A stretch of DNA of 64,000 nt from an uncultured Spirochaetota bacterium (lineage in GTDB: Bacteria; Spirochaetota; Spirochaetia; SZUA-6; Fen-1364): assembly GCA_963781885.1 (NCBI GenBank), contig CAWAHW010000002.1, positions 992,001 through 1,056,000 of the forward strand, given 5' to 3'. The notes below the pieces were generated by a model that searched no databases, was not told the origin of the DNA, and saw only the letters and a list, made by a program, of their open reading frames with translations. A program made the position numbers and the translations under genes. Shown here piece after piece: positions 19,768 through 30,167 of this stretch. The first letter of the stretch is position 1, and every line of letters starts with the position of its first letter.

Positions 19768-21606
19768 ATGCGGATGCCGTCTCTGCCTCGCTTTGCGTCG
19801 GCGAAGCGAAGCTTCAGGTATCGGCTTATCGTCTCCTTCTGCATCCTGTCGATCATGCCGGTGATCGTCATTCAAGTCGTGTCCTATTACAACACGGCGG
19901 ACAAGCTCCAGAAGAAGATCGACGCCCTTGAGAATGTGAATCTCGTGCAGACGCTCAAGACAATCAGGACGAAAATGGATTTCTACGAGGATCTCCTCCA
20001 TCAGATGTACACCGACGATCGCATCATCGACCTGGTCAACAGGGTGAACGACGGCGAGAACGAGGAGTTCTACTCGGGCCAGCTGCGCCGGGCACTACAT
20101 GCCTACGCCTACGCCATGCCCTATGTGCAGTCGCTTGTCGTCCTGACAAGCAGCGGGAGGATGGTCTTCGATGATCTGCTGACGGGCTACAACACCAAGA
20201 CCTCCTGGCTGGACGTCGCGGGGGGCCAGCCGTCCCAGCTCTTCCAGTCGGTGATCGAGGGGAATGAGACGCGTGTGCTCCCGACGCAGCTTGCCTCCTT
20301 CTATGCGTCGAAGAAATACTACCTCTTTCACCTGGCGCATCGCCTGATCGACTACAAGGACATCCGGATCAAAAACGGCGTGATCATCCTCTCGGTCGAC
20401 GAGCGGATGCTCGGCGAGATCTGCGACGAGCGGCTTGATCCGGCCGCGGGCGGCACGGTGGAAGACGCGGTCTTCATCCTCGCTTCCGACGGGACGGTCG
20501 TCTCCCATCCCGACAAGTCCCTCCTCGGGACGCGGCTCAGTCTTCCCGCCGATCCGCTGGGGCGCGGGAATGCGATCAAACGAATGGCAGCCGGCGGCGG
20601 CCCGGGAGCCCAGAGGCTGTCACTCTACGAGCTGCAGGATGCCAAGACGGGCTGGAGCATCATCGCGGCGCGCAATCAGAGCGTGATGTACCAGGAAATA
20701 GCGAGCCAGCAGCGGATCGCGATCATCGTGATCCTGTCCTCGGTCGCGGTGCTCCTTGCCATCATCTTCCTCATCACCCGGCGCCTCACGCGATCGATCG
20801 GCGTCGTGGTGGCGGCAATGAATGCGGCGGCCGCCGGCGATCTGTCCGCCCGGATCGTGAACGACGCGGCGATGCCGCTGGAAATCGACGAGATCGCGGC
20901 GAACTTCAATACCATGATCGCAAAGCTCGGCGCCCTGCTTGAGGAGGTGCAGACCGCCTCGGCGAAGCAACGCAACGCCGAGATTGCCGCCCTGGAGGCC
21001 CAGGTCAATCCACATTTCCTCTACAACACGCTGGACATGATCAACTGGATGGCGATCGATCGCAACGAGTTCGAGATCAGCAACGCCATTGGCACGCTGG
21101 CGGAGATATTCCGCTACGGCATCGACAACAGCAACGGGATCGTGGAGATCGAGCAGGAAGTCGCCTGGCTCCGCAACTACGTCTCTCTCCAGCAGACGCG
21201 CGTGAAGGGCTCCTTCGAGTTCACGTTGGACCTCGATCCGGCGGCCCGCGCCTGCCACGTCCACAAGCTGCTCTTCCAGCCTTTCGTGGAGAACGCGATC
21301 CACCACGGCCTGCGGGGCGTCGAGGGCAAGCGCGCGCTCGCCGTTTCCATCACGCGGGAGGACGCAAGGATCCGAATCGTGATCGCGGACAACGGGAAGG
21401 GCATCAGCGAGACTGCCCTTCGCGACCTGGAGAACGGGACAGCCCCGGAGGAGGGCGGGAAGGGGCACGTCGGCATGCGCGCGGCCATTGCGCGCATAAA
21501 GATGTACTACGGAAATGAGACCCGTGTGGAGGTCGAGGGCGCCCCCGGTGGGGGAACCCTCGTCCGCATCGACGTGCCCGCCGCGTTCCCGGGAGAACGG
21601 CGATGA
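19768..21606 (+). CDS. YesM-type sensor histidine kinase (Cache/HAMP)
   Basis: 'ALEAQVNPHFLYNTLD', 'FQPFVENAIHHG', 'IADNGKG'; start approximate. Confidence 0.92.
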   Translation: MRMPSLPRFASAKRSFRYRLIVSFCILSIMPVIVIQVVSYYNTADKLQKKIDALENVNLVQTLKTIRTKMDFYEDLLHQMYTDDRIIDLVNRVNDGENEEFYSGQLRRALHAYAYAMPYVQSLVVLTSSGRMVFDDLLTGYNTKTSWLDVAGGQPSQLFQSVIEGNETRVLPTQLASFYASKKYYLFHLAHRLIDYKDIRIKNGVIILSVDERMLGEICDERLDPAAGGTVEDAVFILASDGTVVSHPDKSLLGTRLSLPADPLGRGNAIKRMAAGGGPGAQRLSLYELQDAKTGWSIIAARNQSVMYQEIASQQRIAIIVILSSVAVLLAIIFLITRRLTRSIGVVVAAMNAAAAGDLSARIVNDAAMPLEIDEIAANFNTMIAKLGALLEEVQTASAKQRNAEIAALEAQVNPHFLYNTLDMINWMAIDRNEFEISNAIGTLAEIFRYGIDNSNGIVEIEQEVAWLRNYVSLQQTRVKGSFEFTLDLDPAARACHVHKLLFQPFVENAIHHGLRGVEGKRALAVSITREDARIRIVIADNGKGISETALRDLENGTAPEEGGKGHVGMRAAIARIKMYYGNETRVEVEGAPGGGTLVRIDVPAAFPGERR

Positions 21607-23141
21607 AGATCGCCATCGTGGAGGACGAGCTCAGGATACGCGAAGGCCTGGCGCGCCTCATCCGCAGGATCGATCCCTCGTACGAGATCGTGGGCGAAGC
21701 GGAGGACGGTCTGACGGGCATCCGCATCATCACCGAGCAGCGTCCGGACCTGGTGATCACAGACGTGCGCATGCCCGATCTTGACGGTCTTTCGATGCTG
21801 GGCCGACTCGAGAAGGAGTCGATCAAGGTACAGGCGATCGTCCTGAGCGCCTACTCGGAGTTTTCCTACGCGTGCCAGGCCATCACGCTTGGCGTGAGCG
21901 AGTACCTTCTCAAGCCCATCAACGTCGGGGATCTGACGCGCGCCCTGAAGCGGGTCGAGGAACAAATCGCGCTCGAACGGCAGCCGCGGCGGAGGGAAGA
22001 GGGGCTCTCGCTGGAGGGCGTGCTCTATTCGCTCATCCTCGGCGGGGCCCGCGTCGACGAGGACCTGAGGTCATTCCTCACGCAGCACTGGAAGGTCAAG
22101 ACCGAGGGCTGCTTTGCCCTCGCCGCCATCTATCTGGGGTCGAGCTACGAGAGCGAAGCAAAAGGCATGCTGAAGCGCGTGCAGGCGATCCTTGCAGACG
22201 CGCCCGGTTTCGCGCACCGCATCCTCGAGCTGGCCGGCGCCAAGAGGCTGGTCGTGGTCGCGCTGAATGTGGAGGACGAAAGCGCGCTCCGCGACTGGTT
22301 TGCCCGCTCGTTCGTGCCGCGGCTCAGGGAGGGGAGGCAGAAAGGCATCTGCGTCGGATGGGGCGCGTTCAAGGACATTGCCCGGCTGAGGGACACGATG
22401 CTGGCGCTCGACGCCAGCCTGGACTGGAATATCGTCCTGGGCGGCCGCGACCTGCTTGTCTGGCCGGACGTCAATCGGCAAAGCACCCTTCCCCTGGCCT
22501 ATCCCATCATGGTGGAGGGCGCGGTCCGGACCGCCTTCTGCGCCTGCGACCGCGGCCGTTACGAGTCGGGGATCGGCGAGTTCATGCGTTATCTGCGCGG
22601 GGACAAGGTTTATGCGCCGAAGGAGATCAAGAGCGCCCTCGTCAGGTTCGTCTGGAGCGTCCTCAATATAGCCCGGGAGATCGAGTACGACAGCTACGCC
22701 GCGCTTGACCAGCAGAAGATACTGGAGGAGATCACCTTCGCCGTCACCTGGCCCGAGCTCGAGGAAGCAGGGAATGTCCTGCTGCGTCTCTTTCCGCGTG
22801 ACCCGGGCGAGGCCCAGGGTGACGGCTCCATCATCCGGCGCGCAAAGAACCTCGTCCGCGAGCTGTACGCGCAGGGCATCTCCCTCAACGAGGTGGCGAT
22901 GAAGATCAACGTGACCGCGGAATATCTGAGCGGCCAGTTCCACCGCGCGACCGGCGTGACCTTCAGCTCCTATGTCCGGAGCTACCGCGTTCAGAAGGCG
23001 AAGGAGCTGCTGATCGGCACCAACCTGAAGCTCCACGCGGTCGGGGAGCAGGTGGGCTACCCGGACGCAAAGTACTTCTGCAGAGTCTTCCGGGAGGTGA
23101 CGGGCCTCAATCCGTCCGACTACCGCAGGGCGAATCGCTGA
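21603..23141 (+). CDS. YesN-type response regulator (REC + AraC)
   Basis: 'IVEDE', 'TDVRMP', 'VGYPDAKYFCRVFREVTG'. Confidence 0.93.
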   Translation: MKIAIVEDELRIREGLARLIRRIDPSYEIVGEAEDGLTGIRIITEQRPDLVITDVRMPDLDGLSMLGRLEKESIKVQAIVLSAYSEFSYACQAITLGVSEYLLKPINVGDLTRALKRVEEQIALERQPRRREEGLSLEGVLYSLILGGARVDEDLRSFLTQHWKVKTEGCFALAAIYLGSSYESEAKGMLKRVQAILADAPGFAHRILELAGAKRLVVVALNVEDESALRDWFARSFVPRLREGRQKGICVGWGAFKDIARLRDTMLALDASLDWNIVLGGRDLLVWPDVNRQSTLPLAYPIMVEGAVRTAFCACDRGRYESGIGEFMRYLRGDKVYAPKEIKSALVRFVWSVLNIAREIEYDSYAALDQQKILEEITFAVTWPELEEAGNVLLRLFPRDPGEAQGDGSIIRRAKNLVRELYAQGISLNEVAMKINVTAEYLSGQFHRATGVTFSSYVRSYRVQKAKELLIGTNLKLHAVGEQVGYPDAKYFCRVFREVTGLNPSDYRRANR

Positions 23142-23276
23142 CGTCACGCACTGCCAGCGTAATTTTGTCCACCTTTATTAAAAGATTCGCGTTGTGCCCC
23201 CGGATTTCTTCCACTACCATGCGTTTTCAGCTCACGGGCTCATTGCAGCCACGACTCGAACGCAAGGAGGTTTTGC

Positions 23277-24485
23277 ATGAAACGATTCCTCGTATCGGCC
23301 TTCGTGATCTTCGCGATGGTCGCGGTGTTCGCGACCGGCGCCTTCGCCCAGGCGAAGACGGTGACGGTCTGGAATTACTGGGAAACGGTGAAGCATCAGG
23401 AAACGCTGGCAAGGGTCTGCCAGGATTTCAACTCTTCCCAGAGCACAATCCAGGTCGTGACGAAGTACATCCCCTTCGCGGACTTCAAGAAGCAGCTTTC
23501 CATAGGAGCCGCCGCCTCGGAGCTGCCGGATATCGTGATCATCGACAATCCGGACCATGCCTCCTATTCCGCAATGGGCATCTTCGCCGACATCACCGAC
23601 AAGTTGGCCTCGTGGCCAGATCTCAAGCAGTACTTCGAGGGCCCGCTCAACTCCTGCAAGCTGAATGGAAGGCTCTACGGCATTCCCTTCGGGAGCAACT
23701 GTCTTTCGCTTTACTACAACGAGGACATGCTGAAGGCCGCCGGGGTCAAGCCGCCGAAGACCTGGGACGAGCTCAAGAGCGTCGCCGTCAAGACGACCAA
23801 GGGCAACGTCCATGGCTTCGGCATCAGCTCGGTCCAGAACGAGGAAGGCACCTTCGGTTTCCTCTGCTTCCTCTGGGGCAGCGGCAACACATCCTTCCAG
23901 ATCAACAACGCGAACGGTGTCCGGGCGCTCGCTCTGGTCCGCGACCTCGTGAAGAGCGGCGCGATGCCCAAGGAAGTCATCAACTGGACCCAGGGCGACG
24001 TCATGAACCAGTTCATCTCCGGGAACCTGGCCATGATGGTGAACGGGCCCTGGCAGGTGCCGACCATGCGCCAGCAGGCGCCAAACCTGAAGTGGAACGT
24101 CGTGCAGCTTCCCGTCGGCGCGACGCCGGCCTCCGACCTCGGCGGTGAGAACTTCGGGGTCATCAAGGGCGACAAGGTGGACGAGTCCCTCGCCTTCCTC
24201 AAGTTCGTCGCGAGCCCGGCCGAGATGAAGAGCTACATCAACGATTTCGGCTACATCGCGTCGCGCAAGGACGTGGCGGCCACCCAGTTCACCAATGATC
24301 CCATCATGAAGGTGTTCTCGGCGCAGATGGCCTCCGCGAAGCCCCGCGGTCCGCATCCGCGCTGGCCCGAGATCTCCGACGCCCTGTCCCTCGCGATGAA
24401 TGAAAGCATCACCGGTGTCGCGACCCCCGAGGCCGCCGCCGCGGAGGCGCAGAAGACCATCGACGCCGTGGTCAACGCCAAGTAG
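23277..24485 (+). CDS. Sugar ABC transporter substrate-binding protein
   Basis: AAGGAGG RBS, signal peptide, 'LYYNEDML', 'PPKTWDEL', 'NGPW'. Confidence 0.93.
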   Translation: MKRFLVSAFVIFAMVAVFATGAFAQAKTVTVWNYWETVKHQETLARVCQDFNSSQSTIQVVTKYIPFADFKKQLSIGAAASELPDIVIIDNPDHASYSAMGIFADITDKLASWPDLKQYFEGPLNSCKLNGRLYGIPFGSNCLSLYYNEDMLKAAGVKPPKTWDELKSVAVKTTKGNVHGFGISSVQNEEGTFGFLCFLWGSGNTSFQINNANGVRALALVRDLVKSGAMPKEVINWTQGDVMNQFISGNLAMMVNGPWQVPTMRQQAPNLKWNVVQLPVGATPASDLGGENFGVIKGDKVDESLAFLKFVASPAEMKSYINDFGYIASRKDVAATQFTNDPIMKVFSAQMASAKPRGPHPRWPEISDALSLAMNESITGVATPEAAAAEAQKTIDAVVNAK

Positions 24486-24583
24486 GGTCGACCGCGGGAG
24501 GTAACTCAACCAGGACGGGAGCGCGCAACGCATGGCGTGGCGCGCTCCCGCGTATTGCGGGCTCGGGCCGCACGGGGACGCGA

Positions 24584-25486
24584 ATGAATCGCATAAGGCG
24601 CTATTTCCGCTACGGGAATATCGGGTATCTGTTCGTGCTGCCCGCTGCCATCTACATGCTGCTGCTGGTCGGCTACCCGATCGTCAGCAACTTCATCCTC
24701 AGCTTCCAGGACGTCACGGTCACCACGCTCAACGCCGTCGGGAAGCCCCTGGTGGGCCTGCGCAACTACCAGACGCTCCTGGCCAACGGGGTGCTCCAGC
24801 ACGCGCTCGGGAACACCTTCATCTTCACGATCTGCTGCCTCGTCTTCCAGTTCGCCATCGGCTTCGGCCTTGCGCTGCTCTTCAACACGGGCTTTCCCCT
24901 CGCGAAGCCCATCCGCGGCCTGCTGATGATGCCCTGGATGATCCCGATGACGGTCACCGCCTTGATATTCAAGTTCATGTTCAGCTCGAACGTCGGCATC
25001 ATCAACCAGTTTCTCCAAGTGTGCGGCATCATCAAGAGCCCGGTGGAGTGGCTGCTGCAGCCGCGGTTGGCGATGTTCTCCCTGATCGCCGCGAACATCT
25101 GGATCGGGATACCCTTTAACACGATCCTGTTGTCCACCGGGCTGACCACGATCCCGACCGACGTGAAGGAGGCCGCGGTCATGGACGGCGCGAACAGGCG
25201 GCAGTCCTTCCTCTTCATCATCGTGCCCATGCTCAGGCCGGTCATCGAGTCGGTGCTGATACTCGGATTCATCTACACGTTCAAGGTCTTCGACCTCGTG
25301 TTCGTCATGACGAACGGCGGACCGGTGAACTCGACCCACCTGCTCTCCACCTATTCCTACAAGCTCTCCTTCGTGCTCTTCAAGTACAGCCAGGGCGCCG
25401 CGACGGCGAATATCCTCTTCGTGATCCTACTGGCGGTGAGCATCCTGTACCTGAGGTACGTGTACGACGACAGGAGGGCCGGATGA
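24584..25486 (+). CDS. Sugar ABC transporter permease (MalF-type)
   Basis: 'EAAVMDGA', 'MTNGGP'. Confidence 0.93.
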   Translation: MNRIRRYFRYGNIGYLFVLPAAIYMLLLVGYPIVSNFILSFQDVTVTTLNAVGKPLVGLRNYQTLLANGVLQHALGNTFIFTICCLVFQFAIGFGLALLFNTGFPLAKPIRGLLMMPWMIPMTVTALIFKFMFSSNVGIINQFLQVCGIIKSPVEWLLQPRLAMFSLIAANIWIGIPFNTILLSTGLTTIPTDVKEAAVMDGANRRQSFLFIIVPMLRPVIESVLILGFIYTFKVFDLVFVMTNGGPVNSTHLLSTYSYKLSFVLFKYSQGAATANILFVILLAVSILYLRYVYDDRRAG

Positions 25487-26325
25487 AGAACCGCGCCGCG
25501 AGGCTGAGGTCGGTCACGCTGAGCGCGGTCTCGGTCGTCATCTTCATCGTCGTGATGTTCCCGCTTTACTGGATCGTCGTGACGTCGCTGAAGAAGGAGA
25601 TCGAAATCTTCCAGGTGCCGCCCACCCTGCTGCCGCACGTGCTGAACCCGGATTCATATTCCGCGCAGCTGCAGCACGGGGACTTCAACATGTTCCGCTC
25701 CTTCAAGAACAGCTTCGTGATATCATCCTGCGCGATGCTGATTGCCCTCGTCCTTGCCATCCCGGCCTCCTACGGCATCGCCCGATTCACCTTCAGGGGC
25801 AAGAGGGCGTTCATCCTGGGCTTTCTGGTCACGCAGATGCTTCCCGTCTCGGTGCTCCTCACGCCGATGTTCATCATTTTCAAGAATATTCACCTCCTCA
25901 ACACCCAGCTCTCCGCCATCCTCGCCGATGTGACGATTGGCGTCCCTTTCTCCGTCCTGATCCTGATGGGCTATTTCGCCTCCATACCGAAGGAGCTCGA
26001 GGACGCCTCCTGCATCGATGGCTGCACCCGCTTCTCTGCCTTTGTCCGCATTTTTCTCCCGATCGCCTCTCCGGGCGTGATCGTGTGCACCGTCTTCTCG
26101 TTTCTCTATGGCTGGGGCGACCTGGCCTACGGCATGACCTTCCTCCAGGACCAGGCGAAGCGCCCGATCACCGCGGGGATATTCAATTTTTTGGGGCAGT
26201 ACGGCACCAAGTGGAGCTACCTGAGCGCCTTCGCCGTCGTCACGGTCGTCCCGGTTGTCCTCATCTTCGTCTTCATGCAGAAATACATCGTGAGCGGTCT
26301 CACAAGCGGGGCCGTCAAAGGCTGA
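25483..26325 (+). CDS. Sugar ABC transporter permease (MalG-type)
   Basis: 'IPKELEDASCIDG', 'QKYIVSGLTSGAVKG'. Confidence 0.93.
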   Translation: MKNRAARLRSVTLSAVSVVIFIVVMFPLYWIVVTSLKKEIEIFQVPPTLLPHVLNPDSYSAQLQHGDFNMFRSFKNSFVISSCAMLIALVLAIPASYGIARFTFRGKRAFILGFLVTQMLPVSVLLTPMFIIFKNIHLLNTQLSAILADVTIGVPFSVLILMGYFASIPKELEDASCIDGCTRFSAFVRIFLPIASPGVIVCTVFSFLYGWGDLAYGMTFLQDQAKRPITAGIFNFLGQYGTKWSYLSAFAVVTVVPVVLIFVFMQKYIVSGLTSGAVKG

Positions 26326-26338
26326 GGGAGAGCGAGTC

Positions 26339-28319
26339 ATGGCGATTCTGGGCAGGATCGGAGACCGGCTCGACGCGGGAAGAGGATCACGAGGTTCTTT
26401 GGATCGAGCCATGGGGGCCGGACGCGCTGCGGGTGCGGGCCACGAAAGGGCCCTCGATGCCCGACGAGGATTGGGCACTGATTCAGCGGCCCGCGCAGGC
26501 TCGGATCGAGATAGCCGACGGGCGGGCGTCGATCTCCAATGGGGCGATCCGGGCCGAGATCGCCCGCTCGGGGAAGCTCACGTTCTTCGGCGCGCGCGGG
26601 CAGCCCATCATCGCGGAGTCCCTGCGCACGCGCAGGGACATTCTGTCGGAGGACTGCTCGGCGCTCGAGCTCGAAGCGCGCGAGTTCCGCCCCCTCATCG
26701 GCGGCGACTACGCCATCACCGCCCGGTTCGAGTCGCTCGCGGCCGACGAGCGGATCTACGGCATGGGGCAATACCAGCAGCCGTATCTGGACCTCAAGGG
26801 CACCGAGCTCGAGCTCGCGCACCGCAACTCGCAGGCGAGCGTTCCCTTCTACCTGTCGAGCCTCGGCTACGGTTTTCTCTGGAACAATCCCTCGATAGGC
26901 CGGGCCACGTTCGCCAAGAACGGCACGGTCTGGCGCGCATCGTCGAGCAAGGCCCTGGATTACTGGGTGGTGGCCGCCGACCGTCCGCGCGACATCCTGG
27001 AGCGCTACACGGGCGTGACCGGGAGGGCGCCCATGATGCCCGACTTCGCCATGGGCTTCTGGCAGTGCAAGCTGCGCTACCAGACCCAGGAGGAGCTGCT
27101 CGGCATCGCACGCGAGTACCGGCGACGGGGCGTCCCGCTCTCCGTCATCGTCGCCGACTTCTTCCATTGGCCCACCCAGGGCGACTGGCGTTTTGACCCG
27201 ACCTACTGGCCGGACCCTGACGCCATGATCGCGGAGCTGCGGGCAATGGGCATCGAGCTGATGGTCTCCGTCTGGCCGACCGTCGACTACCGGAGCGAGA
27301 ACTTCGCGGAGATGCGCGATCTCGGCCATCTCATCCGCACGGAGCGCGGCATACGCGTCTCAATGGACTTCCAGGGCAACACGCTCCACTTCGATGCGAC
27401 CAGGGCCGCGGCACGCGACTACGTCTGGGCCAAGGTCAAGAAAAACTACTGGGACAAGGGCATCCGCGTGCTCTGGCTCGACGAGGCCGAACCGGAATAT
27501 ACCGCCTACGACTTTGACAATTACCGCTATCACCTCGGCTCGGACCTCGCCGTCGGGAACATCTACCCCTTCATGTACGCCAGGACCTTCTACGAGGGCA
27601 TGTCGGCGGCGGGGCAGGAAAAGGTCATCAATCTGATCCGATGCGCCTGGGCCGGCAGCCAGCGCTTCGGCGCGCTGGTCTGGTCGGGGGACATCCATTC
27701 CAGCTGGAAGAGCTTCCGCAACCAGCTCGTCGCGGGGCTGAACATGGGCATCGCGGGCATCCCCTGGTGGACAACCGACATTGGAGGCTTCCACGGCGGC
27801 GACCCGAATGATCCAGCGTTCCGCGAGCTCTTCACGCGCTGGTTCGAGTACGGAACCTTCTGCCCGGTCATGCGCATGCACGGCGACCGCGAGCCTCGAC
27901 AGCCCCAGGTCGGCACGAGCGGCGGCGCCTCCTGCCGGTCCGGCGCCCCGAACGAAATATGGAGCTACGGGGAGGAGATCTACAGGATCTGCGTCAGGCA
28001 CATCGAGCTCCGGGAAAGCCTGCGGCCTCGAATCTCCGAGGCCATGCAAGCCGCTCATGCCGCGGGCACTCCGCCCATGCGCCCGCTATTCTTCGACTAC
28101 CCGGAGGATCCCGGGGCATGGGCCGTGGAAGACGAATACCTTTTCTGCGACCTGCTTGTTGCTCCGGTCCTGGCCCCGTCCCAGCGATCGAGGATGGTCT
28201 ATCTTCCCGAAGGTCGCTGGAAGGGCCTGTACGACGGCTCGCTCCTGCAAGGCGGCCGGACAGTCGAATGCGCTGCGCCGATCGACAGGATCCCGGTGTT
28301 CGAGAGGGTGCGTCCGTGA
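26339..28319 (+). CDS. Glycoside hydrolase family 31 (alpha-xylosidase-like), with an apparent 1-base insertion near 26372
   Basis: 'GFWQCKLRY', nucleophile 'WLDEAEPE', 'WSGD', 'WWTTDIGGF'; the RBS-backed ATG 26339 (MAILGRIGDRL) is one base out of frame with 'TREEDHEVLWIEPWG'. Confidence 0.88.
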
Positions 28320-28430
28320 TTCGAAGGCAGGCACGGGGCATGCCGAACCCCTAGATGCCGGTCAGACGGCGTGGCGTTAGCGCAGGAATATCGCCCTTTG
28401 GATAAAAGCATGATAACTAGTATTTCAGGC

Positions 28431-28482
28431 TTGACAAGAACAAGGAATTTGCGCATTGTGCGGTGGTTAGTGGTTAACCACT
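28431..28482 (+). promoter_or_regulatory. Sigma70-type promoter followed by a palindromic FadR/GntR-type operator
   Basis: TTGACA(28431)-17 nt-CATTGT; perfect palindrome AGTGGTTAACCACT at 28469-28482 matches the TGGT-Nx-ACCA FadR-subfamily pattern. Confidence 0.7.
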
Positions 28483-28521
28483 GAGTAGTGACCCACATTT
28501 AAAGGACACCAAGAACCGTAA

Positions 28522-29283
28522 ATGCCAGACGACAAGCTCGATATCGAAGTTTTTGACGCAATCGAGGTCGAAACTCCGTCAAACGTCATCGTCAATCAGA
28601 TCCGAAGCCTCATCGCCGACGGAACGCTGAAACCCGGGACGAGGCTTCCGTCGGAGCGCGAGCTTTCCGAGCGCTTCGGCGTCGGCCGCGGGCATATCAG
28701 GAAGGCGCTCGCCAGGCTGGAGTTCTACGGCATTCTGAAGACCGTTCCGCACCGGGGAACCATCGTGGCCAGGATTGGCGTCAAGGCGATCGAGGGGCTG
28801 CTCGCCAACATCCTGCAGCTCGAGAATCCCGACATCCGATCCCTTCTCGAGACGAGAGCCATCCTTGAAACCAACGCCGCGGCGCTTGCCGCCGAGCGCG
28901 CCACGGCGGAAGAGGTGAAAGAGCTGGAGACCTGCCTGGACGATTTCCGACAGAAGGCCGAGCGCCAACTCCCAACGCTGGAAGAGGACCACCTCTTTCA
29001 CCTGAAGCTGGCTGCCATGTCGAAGAACTCGGCCTTGCTCAGCATGATCAGTCTTATCACTCCCGACATCATTGCCATGAACCGAAACTTCAAGGAGCGC
29101 GACTACGCCCGGTTCCAGAAAACCATCGACGAGCATGTCGCCATCGTGCACGCCGTTGTTCTGCGCGATCCTGCCGCGGCGCGAGCGGCCATGCAGGAGC
29201 ACATGACGCAATCTGCCCGAAGGAGGCTGGTCGAGGACGCCGGCTCCGGCGGGGCATCATCGACCCAGGGAGGAAAGACGTGA
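28522..29283 (+). CDS. FadR/GntR-family transcriptional regulator (wHTH + FCD)
   Basis: 'LKPGTRLPSERELSERFGVGR', 'DHLFH..LA..SKN', 'EH.AI'. Confidence 0.93.
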   Translation: MPDDKLDIEVFDAIEVETPSNVIVNQIRSLIADGTLKPGTRLPSERELSERFGVGRGHIRKALARLEFYGILKTVPHRGTIVARIGVKAIEGLLANILQLENPDIRSLLETRAILETNAAALAAERATAEEVKELETCLDDFRQKAERQLPTLEEDHLFHLKLAAMSKNSALLSMISLITPDIIAMNRNFKERDYARFQKTIDEHVAIVHAVVLRDPAAARAAMQEHMTQSARRRLVEDAGSGGASSTQGGKT

Positions 29284-30167
29284 TCGCGGAGACGCGCAAC
29301 ATGGATGACCCCGACTACGAACAGATTGCCGAGCTGGCCCGGCAGATACGCCGGGACACCGTGCGGATGATCGTGCACGCGGGCTCGGGGCACCCGGGCG
29401 GCGCGCTCGGCATCGCAGAGATCATGGCGGTGCTGTACGCGTGGGCCATGCGTCACAACGCGGCCGGGGCGCGCGACCTGGACCGGGATCGGCTCGTCCT
29501 GAGCAACGGCCATATCTGCGCCGCCCAGTACTCCGCCATGGCCCGGGTCGGGCTTCTTCCGCTTGCCGAGCTCGCGAGCTTCCGCAAGCTCGGATCGAGG
29601 CTTCAGGGCCATCCGTCGCGCGCGTTCCTTCCCGAGCTCGTGGAGACCTCCACGGGTCCCCTTGGCCAGGGATTCTCCGTGGCGAACGGCCTGGCCCTCG
29701 GCATCCGGATGTCGGGAGGCAAGGGGAGGGTCTCCTGCATCGTGGGAGACGGGGAAATGCAGGAAGGCCAGGTGTGGGAGACGCTCATGACGGCGGCCCA
29801 CTACAGGGTCTCCAACCTGCTGCTCTTCGTGTCGTACAACGGCCTGCAAATCGACGGCGAGGTGGACCGGGTGAAGAAGATCGAGCCTTTGGCCCAGAAG
29901 CTCTCGGCATTCGGCTGGAACGTCCAGGAAATAGACGGGCACGACTCTCGCGCCGTGGTCGGCGCTCTCCGCGCGGGAATGGCGGAGACGACCCGGCCGA
30001 CGGCCGTGGTGGCGCGGACGATCATGGGCAAAGGAGCTCCTTTCATGGAGGGACTCGCGAAATGGCATGGCGCGTGTCCCAGCAAGACGGAGGCCGCCAC
30101 TGCCCTTGATGCGATCGGCGTCTCGGCGATCTACGACGATTTCCCCCTCGTGGAGGCGCCGGTATGA
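29280..30167 (+). CDS. Transketolase, N-terminal (ThDP-binding) subunit
   Basis: 'GSGHPGG', 'DRLVLSNGH', 'LQGHP', 'GDGEMQEGQVWE'. Confidence 0.93.
   Translation: MIAETRNMDDPDYEQIAELARQIRRDTVRMIVHAGSGHPGGALGIAEIMAVLYAWAMRHNAAGARDLDRDRLVLSNGHICAAQYSAMARVGLLPLAELASFRKLGSRLQGHPSRAFLPELVETSTGPLGQGFSVANGLALGIRMSGGKGRVSCIVGDGEMQEGQVWETLMTAAHYRVSNLLLFVSYNGLQIDGEVDRVKKIEPLAQKLSAFGWNVQEIDGHDSRAVVGALRAGMAETTRPTAVVARTIMGKGAPFMEGLAKWHGACPSKTEAATALDAIGVSAIYDDFPLVEAPV

Noticed and set aside
28329-28344. AGGCACGGGGCATGC (GG-N10-GC) as a sigma54 promoter
   Set aside because: Weak -12 context, GC-rich background, and a better sigma70 promoter lies downstream
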